Of a stretch of 64,000 nt of DNA, positions 1 to 8,651 are shown one piece after another. Both the position numbers and the translations under genes were made by a program. Position 1 is the first letter of the stretch. Every line of letters starts with the position of its first letter. The stretch is from an uncultured Alphaproteobacteria bacterium (lineage in GTDB: Bacteria; Pseudomonadota; Alphaproteobacteria; CAAHEQ01; UBA3637): assembly GCA_944391735.1 (NCBI GenBank), contig CALXUR010000001.1:14924-78923 (forward strand), in the 5' to 3' direction. Under the pieces are notes generated by a model. The model was given only the letters and a program-made list of their open reading frames with translations. It was not told the origin of the DNA and did not search any database.

Positions 1-813
1 TTGTCTGCAGAGATAGTAAAATCATTAAAGTTATTATTTCCTCCTTTACCTGAGCAGGAGAAGATTGCGGGGATATTGGGGACATGGGATGAGGCGATTG
101 AAAAGCTGTCCGGTTTGATAGAGCAAAAGAAACTCCTTAAAAAAGGTCTGATGCAAAGACTCTTAACCGGCAAAACCCGCCTCAACGGCTTCACCCAACA
201 TTGGCAAAAAATAAGATTAGGAAAAATTGGAACAACATATACTGGTTTAAGTGGAAAAAATAAGGATGATTTTGGTAAAGGTGCCTATTTTATCCCCTAT
301 ATGAATATTTATCAAAACAACAAAATTGATCCAAAACAGTTGGAACTTGTTGATATTTCCGATAACGAAAATCAAAATACTGTTCAGTATGGTGATATAT
401 TTTTTACAACATCGTCTGAAACACCTGAAGAAGTTGGATTCGCTTCTGTTTTACTTTTCAAACCTGAACAAAAAATATACCTTAACAGTTTTTGCTTTGG
501 CTACAGGTTAAATGATTTTGATACATTATTACCTAATTACGCATCTTTTCTATTTCGTTCAAATCAAATACGTAAAACGATGTATAAATTGGCACAGGGA
601 GCCACTCGCTTCAATTTATCCAAAAATGAATTAATGAAGGAGGAACTTTACATTCCTTCTGATATTTCTGAGCAACAAGCCATTGCTGATGTCTTATTGA
701 CTGCAGATGATGAAATCAACCTCTTAAACCAAAAATTAGAAGCTTTGAAGGAACAAAAGAAAGGCCTAATGCAACAGCTCCTCACCGGCCAAATCAGAGT
801 GAAAGTGAACTGA
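1..813 (+). CDS. hsdS: Type I restriction-modification specificity subunit HsdS (5' end outside window)
   Basis: The ORF is open from the window edge. It carries conserved HsdS helices 'LPPLPEQEKIAGILGTWDEAIEKL' and 'EQQAIADVL...LKEQKKGLMQQLLTGQIRV' flanking a variable target-recognition domain. Confidence 0.85.
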   Translation: MSAEIVKSLKLLFPPLPEQEKIAGILGTWDEAIEKLSGLIEQKKLLKKGLMQRLLTGKTRLNGFTQHWQKIRLGKIGTTYTGLSGKNKDDFGKGAYFIPYMNIYQNNKIDPKQLELVDISDNENQNTVQYGDIFFTTSSETPEEVGFASVLLFKPEQKIYLNSFCFGYRLNDFDTLLPNYASFLFRSNQIRKTMYKLAQGATRFNLSKNELMKEELYIPSDISEQQAIADVLLTADDEINLLNQKLEALKEQKKGLMQQLLTGQIRVKVN

Positions 814-819
814 AAGGAA

Positions 820-1179
820 ATGGATATTGTAGATAATGCCAAAACCATATATGCACTAGTAAAAAAATTAGGTGATCTTGATTTATTGGAAAAAATGGCT
901 GACCTAAGAGATGAAATTTTCGAATTACGTGAGGAAAATAGAAATCTAAAAGAGAAATTAGCTGAAAAGAATAACTATGAGATGCATTTTAAGCACAATA
1001 TGTACTGGAATCCTGATGAAAAAGATGGCCCTTATTGTTCAAAATGTTGGGATGACAATAAAAAGGCTATTCGTTTACAAAAACAGAATGGAGAATATTA
1101 TTGTCCTGTTTGTCGTAAGACCGTATTAAAAGAAATCGTTGATATCACACCAATTAAATACGATAATTCAGAATGGTAA
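820..1179 (+). CDS. Hypothetical coiled-coil / zinc-ribbon protein inside the type I R-M operon
   Basis: The ATG lies 7 nt after the hsdS stop. The protein has a charged helical N-terminus (LREENRNLKEKLAEK) followed by two CxxC pairs (CSKC...CPVC). No family recognised. Confidence 0.55.
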   Translation: MDIVDNAKTIYALVKKLGDLDLLEKMADLRDEIFELREENRNLKEKLAEKNNYEMHFKHNMYWNPDEKDGPYCSKCWDDNKKAIRLQKQNGEYYCPVCRKTVLKEIVDITPIKYDNSEW

Positions 1180-1183
1180 AAAA

Positions 1184-2134
1184 ATGAAAACAGATGTATA
1201 TTTTGCACGCAAAGATGATTTTGGTTTAATCGCTTATGAAAATGGCATTAAGCAGAACATTTTCATGCAAATTGCCGCTGTTGATTATGCTCCTCAAGTT
1301 AATGAAATTATTATTTGTGATGCAAAATATGACATTAAGGAACTTATCGAAAAATATTATGAATTTGAAATAAGAGAGAAGAAAAAATTAGATATTGGAT
1401 GGAAGTACAAACACATTTGGAAACCATTAATGAATATCCACATAGAAAGAGAACTTGATATTACACAAAGTGAATTGTTTCATGCAAAGAGAGACTTAGG
1501 CATTTTAATCCAAAAATTACAAGAGATTTTGTTATTTATAGAACCTTCAGAAGATGGTCTAAAAGCATATAGCCATAAAATTAGAGAATTACTTTTTTTA
1601 GCATGTTCTGATTTAGAAAGTACTTTTAAAAAGTATAAGTTTGGCAAAAATGAACGGATGAATAATTATATTGAAATTTTAAAATTTGTTGATTTAACAA
1701 AATATAAGATTTCATTGGTTGGATATGCAAAACCTTATAAGTGTTCTCCTTTCGAAAAATGGAATGAGAAAGAACCTGCAAAATCATTAGATTGGTATGA
1801 TGCATACAATAAAATCAAGCATAATAGAGAGGATAACTTTCACTTTGCAACATTAGAAAACTGTATTAATGCTATTGCAGCTAATCTGATTATGTTTGCT
1901 GTTCGCTTTTCACCAACAACATTATATAATGAAAATGATGTTTGTTCTAATTTAGCACGAAGTGCTTTAGAATACAAAATAGAGAATAGCAAAGATTTTT
2001 ATATTCCTGTATTTGAAGGAGAACGCAAACATTTTGACACTTATATGTCTTGCAGATTTAAAAACGGAAAAGTCCTGCCTGATATTTATAAAACTTATCA
2101 TGTATTACCTTACGAAGAAAGGCCGTTAAAATGA
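1184..2134 (+). CDS. Hypothetical protein (316 aa) between hsdS and hsdR; weak HEPN-like R-x4-H motif
   Basis: The ATG lies 5 nt after the previous stop, and its stop overlaps the hsdR start (ATGA at 2131-2134). 'YNKIKHNREDNFH' contains R-E-D-N-F-H spacing. No P-loop is present. Confidence 0.55.
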   Translation: MKTDVYFARKDDFGLIAYENGIKQNIFMQIAAVDYAPQVNEIIICDAKYDIKELIEKYYEFEIREKKKLDIGWKYKHIWKPLMNIHIERELDITQSELFHAKRDLGILIQKLQEILLFIEPSEDGLKAYSHKIRELLFLACSDLESTFKKYKFGKNERMNNYIEILKFVDLTKYKISLVGYAKPYKCSPFEKWNEKEPAKSLDWYDAYNKIKHNREDNFHFATLENCINAIAANLIMFAVRFSPTTLYNENDVCSNLARSALEYKIENSKDFYIPVFEGERKHFDTYMSCRFKNGKVLPDIYKTYHVLPYEERPLK

Positions 2135-5100
2135 CACAACAATACATTCTTCCTGATTTTGATGAAGCTAGCAGTTCCCAAATCCCTGCAATTTTGCAGT
2201 TGATTAACTTGGGATATACCTATATTTCACGTCATGAAGTTGAAACTCATCGTGATGGCAAAAATCAATATATCTTGCGTGATATTGCACACCAAGCCCT
2301 ACGTAAAATTAATCCATCAGAAATATCTGATAAAAGTATTGATGAAGCCTTGTTTGCGTTGGAAAAAATTAAACTGGATGATGGTGTAGTTAAAGCCTCG
2401 GAAGACGTGTTTTCTGATTTGTTGGGGGGACGTGCTGTTTCTGAGATTATTGATGGGAAACGTACTTCTCCACAGCTTAAATTTATTGATTGGAAAGAGC
2501 TAAGTAATAATGTCTTTCATGTAGTAGCAGAGTTTGAACTGGAAGAAGATCAAAATCGCAGACCAGATATTGTTTTGTTTGTTAATGGTATTCCCTTTGC
2601 GGTTATTGAAAACAAAAAGGCCTCTGTTTCTGTGGATGAAGCTATTACACAGATGATACGTAACCAGAAATACTCCCAAACACCAAAGTTCTTTTTGTTT
2701 CCACAAATCTTGATTGCAACCAATGTTAACCAAATTAAATATGGAACTATGCTAACTCCATTTGAGTTCTACTCTGTTTGGAAAGAAAAGGAAGCTCCAA
2801 AGGATTATGAAAAAAATGTGTTGGAAAGTGTCAATAAGCCTGTTGATGTAAAAACTGTGGCTCAAATTGGGGAAGATTTGTTGAGGAGCTCCTACAAGCA
2901 AGCGAAAAAACAAACTTTAACAGCACAAGATTATGGAATTTATAGCTTATTAAAGCCAGAAAGATTATTGGATTTAGTCCGTAATTTCATCATCTATGAC
3001 AATGGCATAAAGAAAATCACCCGCTATCAACAATATTTTGCCATTAAAAAGACAATTGCCAAAATTCAAACAATGAATGAAAATGGTAAAAGACGCGGTG
3101 GCTTAATTTGGCATACCCAAGGAAGTGGTAAATCTCTGACGATGGTTATGCTTGTTAAAAATTTGATTGAAACGATTACCAATCCGCGCGTTATTGTTGT
3201 AACAGACAGAATAGATTTAGATATTCAAATTCGCGATACTTTTGCTGCTTGTAATATTAAAACAGGTGTTCAACAAGCAACATCGTGCTCCGATTTAGTT
3301 AAAAAGATTAAATCTAAAACTTTGGATGTTATTACAACTTTGGTTCACAAATTTGATAAGCCGACCAATTTTGTAGACGAGGATAACAATATATTTGTTT
3401 TAATTGACGAAGCACATCGAACTCAAGGCGGTGATGCCAATGCAATGATGAATAAAATGTTGCCAAGGGCTTGCCAAATTGCTTTTACAGGAACTCCGTT
3501 AATGAAAAAAGTTCCGGCCAGATTGGAAGGGAAAGTTATCTCTAAATCGCAATCGATTCAAAAGTTTGGTGGATTGATTGATGAATACACGATTTCGGAA
3601 GCCGAAAAAGATGGAGCGGTATTACCTCTTATCTATCAAGGACGTTTTGTTGATCAAAAAATTGATAAAATTGCAGATAAATTTTATGAACGGTTAGCCT
3701 CAAGATTCTCGGAAAGTGAACGTAAGGATTTTGCCAAGAAGTGTATTTCTTCTTCGGTTTTAGAGGAAACATCACAACGTATTGAAATGATTGCTTTGGA
3801 TGTAAATGATCATTTCTTGAAAAACTTTAAGAACACAGGTCTAAAAGGACAGTTGGTTGCTCCGAGTAAATATGCGGCTGTTATGTTTAAAAAAGCGCTG
3901 GAAATGTTGGGGAATATCAACGCAGAAGTCGTTATATCCGATACATTGGCCGAAGAAGGTAAGGATGATGTTAACTCAACCCATAAGAAGCTGGTAACTG
4001 AATATATGGCCGAACAAAAACACAAATATGGTTCCTTAGAAAGCAGAGAAAAACAAATCATTCAGGATTACAAGAAAAATCCAGAAGGATGTGAATTACT
4101 TATTGTTGTGGACAAACTTTTGACTGGTTTTGATGCGCCAAGGGATACTGTTTTGTATTTAGCCAAACAACTGAAAGATCATAACTTGTTACAGGCAATT
4201 GCTCGTGTTAACCGAGTTTTTGATGGTGATGCAAATAAACAAAGTAAAACAGCAGGCTTAATTGTAGATTATTCTAAAAACGCAAAAAACCTAAAAAATG
4301 CATTGGAACTGTTTTCAAACTATGCTCCTGAAGATATTGAAAATGCTTTATTGGATACAGAAAGCCAAATTGCACTTTTGAAGAACATATACACACGTCT
4401 ACACGATGTGTTAAAAAATGTTACTGACATTAATAATAGTAATGCCTACGTAGAATTTTTAGCAGATAAAGCTCATGAAAAGGAAAAAGAGGCATTCTAC
4501 GATGATGTTAATAAATTCATTAAACAATTTTCTGTTTGTTACTCTTTGTATGATTTTCATGATAAAATGGATCAAGATACTTTAGAGATTTACAAAAAAG
4601 ATCTGAAACGTTTTGTTGAAATCAAAAAAACAACCCAACTTGTGCTGGCAGAAAAGGTCGATTTTTCAAAATATAAAGACCAAATTATGAAATTACTGGA
4701 TAAATATGTCAGCGCAGGCGATGTTGAGGTGTTGTCTAAAGAAATTAGTTTGTCTGATATGCATGAATTTAATCAGTATATTGAAGATGAAAACAATGGA
4801 TTATCGGATAAATCTAAAGCTGATGCTATTTTAGCACAAACAAGAAAAGTTTTAAGAGAACGCTATGAGCTTCAAGATGAAGTCTTTTATGGGAAATTTA
4901 GTGAATTTATTGAAAAGCTTCTAAATGACTTGAAAATTGCAAAAAAAGAAGATTTGGCCTCTCTACTAAGTCAGGCAAAAGAAATACAAAAAAAAGTGAG
5001 TGATTATGAAGATAATGATATTCCTCAAAATATGAGAAACGCCAAGGTATATCATCCTTTTTATCGAAATATTCAAAAGTTTTTTACAACAACCGGAGAC

Positions 5101-5313
5101 GCTTATACACAAATTATTGAACATATCGTTGGCTTAATAAAATCTTCAAAAGTGGTAGATTTCCAAAATAATTTGAATGTAAAAAGAAAGATCTTTAATG
5201 AGCTGGAAGATTATTTGTTTGATGAAGTAGACGAAAAATTGTCTGCAGATACAATTGAACAAATTACAGAAACTGCTTGGAATATTGTGGTTCAAAATAA
5301 GGATATGCTCTAG
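2131..5313 (+). CDS. hsdR: Type I restriction enzyme R subunit HsdR
   Basis: Nuclease block 'RPDIVLFVNGIPFAVIENKK', helicase motif I 'HTQGSGKSLTM', motif II 'LIDEAHRTQ', 'FTGTP' and motif VI 'QAIARVNR'. Length is 1060 aa. Confidence 0.95.
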   Translation: MTQQYILPDFDEASSSQIPAILQLINLGYTYISRHEVETHRDGKNQYILRDIAHQALRKINPSEISDKSIDEALFALEKIKLDDGVVKASEDVFSDLLGGRAVSEIIDGKRTSPQLKFIDWKELSNNVFHVVAEFELEEDQNRRPDIVLFVNGIPFAVIENKKASVSVDEAITQMIRNQKYSQTPKFFLFPQILIATNVNQIKYGTMLTPFEFYSVWKEKEAPKDYEKNVLESVNKPVDVKTVAQIGEDLLRSSYKQAKKQTLTAQDYGIYSLLKPERLLDLVRNFIIYDNGIKKITRYQQYFAIKKTIAKIQTMNENGKRRGGLIWHTQGSGKSLTMVMLVKNLIETITNPRVIVVTDRIDLDIQIRDTFAACNIKTGVQQATSCSDLVKKIKSKTLDVITTLVHKFDKPTNFVDEDNNIFVLIDEAHRTQGGDANAMMNKMLPRACQIAFTGTPLMKKVPARLEGKVISKSQSIQKFGGLIDEYTISEAEKDGAVLPLIYQGRFVDQKIDKIADKFYERLASRFSESERKDFAKKCISSSVLEETSQRIEMIALDVNDHFLKNFKNTGLKGQLVAPSKYAAVMFKKALEMLGNINAEVVISDTLAEEGKDDVNSTHKKLVTEYMAEQKHKYGSLESREKQIIQDYKKNPEGCELLIVVDKLLTGFDAPRDTVLYLAKQLKDHNLLQAIARVNRVFDGDANKQSKTAGLIVDYSKNAKNLKNALELFSNYAPEDIENALLDTESQIALLKNIYTRLHDVLKNVTDINNSNAYVEFLADKAHEKEKEAFYDDVNKFIKQFSVCYSLYDFHDKMDQDTLEIYKKDLKRFVEIKKTTQLVLAEKVDFSKYKDQIMKLLDKYVSAGDVEVLSKEISLSDMHEFNQYIEDENNGLSDKSKADAILAQTRKVLRERYELQDEVFYGKFSEFIEKLLNDLKIAKKEDLASLLSQAKEIQKKVSDYEDNDIPQNMRNAKVYHPFYRNIQKFFTTTGDAYTQIIEHIVGLIKSSKVVDFQNNLNVKRKIFNELEDYLFDEVDEKLSADTIEQITETAWNIVVQNKDML

Positions 5314-5997
5314 ATGATTGATATGGATAACATTAAGGTTGTTAAAGAAAAGCGCAAATCTCTAGCAGTGGAAGTTTATCCTAATTTTACTGTTCTAGTA
5401 AAATCACCAGAACAAGCAAAAGATTTTGAAATCAAAGATTTTATTAAGAGAAAAACAACCTGGATTGAAAAACAATTAAATTATTTTAAACAGTTCAATA
5501 TGCCCGAAGATAAAGTCTATGAATCTGGTAGTTCGGCGCTATATTTAGGACGTCAATATCAGGTCATTATTGAGAAATCACCATTGCGCAATATTATAAA
5601 GGTTCTAAACAATAAAATTTATATTTTAACTCCCTCACCGCAAAAATTGGATGAAATTAATCATGCTTTGCAAAATTGGTTTATAAGGCGTGGTGAAACT
5701 ATTTTTAATGAACGTCTGAATTTTTGCATGAAAGCATTTCCTGATTTAAAGATGCCAAAATTAAAGATAAGAAAACTTAATAAGCGCTGGGGCAGTTATT
5801 TAAAAAAACATGAAATTGTTCTTAATCCAGCTTTAATTAAAGCTAGTAAACAATCTATTGATTATGTTATTTATCATGAGCTTTGTCATGCATATTACCC
5901 AAATCATACAGATGAATTTTATAATCTTCTTTCTCTTAAGATGCCTAACTGGGAAAAGATAAAAGAGAAAATGGAGTTAAAATTATTAAGTTATTAG
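5314..5997 (+). CDS. YgjP-like (DUF45 / M48-type) zinc metallohydrolase
   Basis: 'RWGSYLKKHEIVLN...IDYVIYHELCHAYYPNHTDEFYNLL' is the HExxH block typical of YgjP-family genes that follow hsdR. The ATG directly abuts the hsdR stop. Confidence 0.85.
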   Translation: MIDMDNIKVVKEKRKSLAVEVYPNFTVLVKSPEQAKDFEIKDFIKRKTTWIEKQLNYFKQFNMPEDKVYESGSSALYLGRQYQVIIEKSPLRNIIKVLNNKIYILTPSPQKLDEINHALQNWFIRRGETIFNERLNFCMKAFPDLKMPKLKIRKLNKRWGSYLKKHEIVLNPALIKASKQSIDYVIYHELCHAYYPNHTDEFYNLLSLKMPNWEKIKEKMELKLLSY

Positions 5998-6006
5998 GGA
6001 TGTCAA

Positions 6007-6465
6007 ATGATTAAAGTTTTATTCGTATGTCTTGGAAATATTTGTCGGTCGCCGATGGCGGAGTTTGTGATGAAACAAATGGTCGCCGAAAAAGGTCTGG
6101 CGGACCAATTTGAAATTGCCTCTGCCGCGACAGAGGGGTATAGCGAAATGGTGCATGAGGCGCTGGATTACCGGGCAGCGGATATGCTGAAACAGATGAA
6201 AGTCCCTTACACCGAGCATTATTCACGTCAAATTCGCAAGTCCGACTATGATAAATTTGACTATATTTTGGCAATGGATGATAATAATGTGCGGGATATT
6301 TTGGATATCGTTGGCGGGGACAAGGACCACAAGGTTCATCGCCTGCTGGACTTCACCCAAAATCTTCGTCCGGTTAAGGATCCTTGGTACACCGGTAATT
6401 TTGATGAGGCCTATTGGGATATCGTTGAAGGTTGTGATGCGTTTTTAAAAAAACTAGGTTTTTGA
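6007..6465 (+). CDS. Low-molecular-weight protein-tyrosine phosphatase
   Basis: The N-terminal CX5R(S) P-loop 'VCLGNICRSPMAE' and downstream 'DPWY' loop are present. The size (152 aa) fits the family. Confidence 0.85.
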   Translation: MIKVLFVCLGNICRSPMAEFVMKQMVAEKGLADQFEIASAATEGYSEMVHEALDYRAADMLKQMKVPYTEHYSRQIRKSDYDKFDYILAMDDNNVRDILDIVGGDKDHKVHRLLDFTQNLRPVKDPWYTGNFDEAYWDIVEGCDAFLKKLGF

Positions 6466-6478
6466 AGGATATAATACG

Positions 6479-7240
6479 GTGAACAATGAAATAATAAAAA
6501 ATATAAGCATACAAGAGCAACAAACTTCAATGCTCGAATTTATTGAAAAATCAATAAAAAAAATAAATCAAACACCATGTAGTTATAAAGAAAAAATAAT
6601 TTTAGATTGGGAACTGCGCAGAGAAGAGGCCTATAAAACATTTTTACTTCTTTATAAAAATGAACGTTTTTACGATGCAATGATTATTGCTGGTTATATT
6701 TTCGAATTATCATCTTTAATACATGATGTAACAAATATAAAGAAGACAGATCCTTACGATAAACATTTTATGATGTATGCCATTTCAAATCTTGAAACAA
6801 TTTTATTACAATGTGATTTACCAAATTGGAAGGTTACTCCTAAATTGCAATGTAAATATGCGGATTTTATCCAAATGTTGGAAAATGCTATTGAAAAAAT
6901 TCCTAATGAACCGGGTATAAAAAATGTGGATTGGAAAGGAATAATAGTTAAACTTAAAAATAAAAATATTAAAAATAGTAACAAAGTTGAACTATTAAAG
7001 CAAAACTACAAGGCTCCATCTATAAATATTCAAATAACACAATTTTTAAAATTTATGAAAAAGAAAATTAATAAAACAAACGATCCGTTCATTATGGGAA
7101 ATGAAAATTTATTTAGATTGGGCTATCAAACATACTGTATTTTAAAACATAATGGAATAGCTGCGTTTGATTTAGAAGAAGCATATATAAAACAAAGTAG
7201 TTTGTTTTTAGCATTTTGTCTTAAATATTTTGCATCATGA
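6479..7240 (+). CDS. Hypothetical protein (253 aa, Lys/Asn-rich)
   Basis: A long ORF with a GTG start 8 nt after an AAGGA. No motif recognised. Confidence 0.45.
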   Translation: MNNEIIKNISIQEQQTSMLEFIEKSIKKINQTPCSYKEKIILDWELRREEAYKTFLLLYKNERFYDAMIIAGYIFELSSLIHDVTNIKKTDPYDKHFMMYAISNLETILLQCDLPNWKVTPKLQCKYADFIQMLENAIEKIPNEPGIKNVDWKGIIVKLKNKNIKNSNKVELLKQNYKAPSINIQITQFLKFMKKKINKTNDPFIMGNENLFRLGYQTYCILKHNGIAAFDLEEAYIKQSSLFLAFCLKYFAS

Positions 7241-7441
7241 TTCCGTACTTTTCCATTTAGCGATCATTTGTTCCAATTTATGAGATAGACGATTGATTTC
7301 GTATTTGTATTTAATCGGTAGCGCTGGGGTGTTAAGTCTGCTCAGTCGTCTGTCCAGTCTATCAAGTACTCTAATTGCATGGTTATAAACCATCGGCATG
7401 CTGATTTTGTAATTTGGAGGAATGTCATTATAGTGTTTCAT
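7235..7441 (-). CDS. Hypothetical small protein (68 aa)
   Basis: An ORF in a minus-strand string of small genes, with helical, basic composition. No family recognised. Confidence 0.35.
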   Translation of the reverse strand: MKHYNDIPPNYKISMPMVYNHAIRVLDRLDRRLSRLNTPALPIKYKYEINRLSHKLEQMIAKWKSTES

Positions 7442-7522
7442 TTTCTACTCCCATGTATCGGCAATAACTTGAACCGGAAGGATCGACATAAAGCGTTGGC
7501 TTGTTGGAGCATTTTATAGCAA

Positions 7523-7741
7523 CTACTTTCGGTGGCCTGTATCATCATAACCGCCTTTACCGGATAAGAAAATGTAGTTATCCAATGGGCGTTGGCAAAA
7601 CTCCTCATACCAAGTTGGTGGTAGGTTGACAGTTTCTTCAATTAAGACCTCTTCGGCCTCATGCGTATACTTTTTGCATAAAGTTTTTACTTCCTCAAAA
7701 TCCGAAGGTTTTCGCACCATATAAACTTTAACTGTATTCAT
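7523..7741 (-). CDS. Hypothetical small protein (72 aa)
   Basis: Its ATG overlaps the stop of the upstream small ORF (ATGA at 7738-7741). Composition is protein-like. Confidence 0.4.
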   Translation of the reverse strand: MNTVKVYMVRKPSDFEEVKTLCKKYTHEAEEVLIEETVNLPPTWYEEFCQRPLDNYIFLSGKGGYDDTGHRK

Positions 7742-7908
7742 TTGGAAGCCTCTTTTATTTTTTGTATTTCTGTTTTTAATTTTTTGTTTTCTTCTTCTAC
7801 GGCTTCAATTTCGCTCATATATGCCCAAGTGCCATCTTCATCGCAAATAGCAATGCGAGCATCAAAATCAGGCGCTTCTTTTGTTTCGTGATACCATGTT
7901 ACTGTCAT
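7738..7908 (-). CDS. Hypothetical small acidic protein (56 aa; not in the ORF track)
   Basis: Hand translation gives MTVTWYHETKEAPDFDARIAICDEDGTWAYMSEIEAVEEENKKLKTEIQKIKEASK. Its stop overlaps the start of the 7523..7741 ORF. Confidence 0.35.
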   Translation of the reverse strand: MTVTWYHETKEAPDFDARIAICDEDGTWAYMSEIEAVEEENKKLKTEIQKIKEASK

Positions 7909-8048
7909 TGTGACTCCTTTCGTTACGACATAATGAATGCTTGAAAAAACAAGAAAGTCCAGTGAAATAGAAAAATTTTTGAATAATATTGTAAATTCTA
8001 AAACTTTCAGCTATTATTATGTATATAACAACAGATATGGAGGTAGAA

Positions 8049-8489
8049 ATGCCAATTAACCAGGAAAATGGAAAGCTTGGGGAACAAGAAGTTGTAGATT
8101 TGGTCTGTTGTCCTAATTGCGGTAAAAAGCTAATGCTTTTACCTCCTAATTATCCACTGTGTGATATACAATGTACTGGTTGTAATTTTAGAGCTCAAAT
8201 TAAAACATCTAATCACAAACCATCATCAATTGTACGAGGTGCGGGTTGGGATATTATGGAAAAAGTACTAAAAGCAGGGATTTTACCTCCTTTGCTTATA
8301 TTAAATTTTAAATGGAAAGAAAAGAACGTACTACACCAAGAAATTAGATTTTATCCATTTGTTCCTAAAAATCATCTAAAAAAATACACTCTGTCTCCAG
8401 AAGCTAGACGAGCTAATTATAGAATGTTTAATTATATAAATATGGATAAATTACCTCACTTTGTTCTCTATAAAAAAACCGAAAAGTAG
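8049..8489 (+). CDS. Putative PD-(D/E)xK-type nuclease with inserted zinc ribbon
   Basis: GGAGGT precedes the ATG at 8049. 'GKLGEQEVVDLV' is followed by CPNCG...D-IQCTGC...AQIKT, giving a D...(Q)xK arrangement with two CxxC pairs. The assignment rests on motifs only. Confidence 0.4.
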   Translation: MPINQENGKLGEQEVVDLVCCPNCGKKLMLLPPNYPLCDIQCTGCNFRAQIKTSNHKPSSIVRGAGWDIMEKVLKAGILPPLLILNFKWKEKNVLHQEIRFYPFVPKNHLKKYTLSPEARRANYRMFNYINMDKLPHFVLYKKTEK

Positions 8490-8506
8490 AGGTATCCTTT
8501 TTTGGC

Positions 8507-8602
8507 TTAAGGGTGGCGGTTTTTAGTTTTTTTCTTATTCTTCAATACGGTTAAGAGCGTTGGCAAGATGATTTGAGCTAGAAGTTTAAGTTGTTTTTCC
8601 AT
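8507..8602 (-). CDS. Candidate 31-aa hydrophobic peptide (type I toxin-like)
   Basis: Hand translation gives MEKQLKLLAQIILPTLLTVLKNKKKTKNRHP, preceded by GGAGAA. The peptide is a single hydrophobic helix plus a Lys-rich tail. Confidence 0.2.
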   Translation of the reverse strand: MEKQLKLLAQIILPTLLTVLKNKKKTKNRHP

Positions 8603-8651
8603 GTGTTCTCCTTTCAATTGAGGACATCACCATATATGCTCGTTTATATCA

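Noticed and set aside
7438-7641. A 67-aa minus-strand ORF overlapping 7523..7741.
   Set aside because: It overlaps the more protein-like 72-aa ORF by about 120 nt in another frame, so only one can be real. It is kept as a possibility only because its stop overlaps the 7441 ATG.
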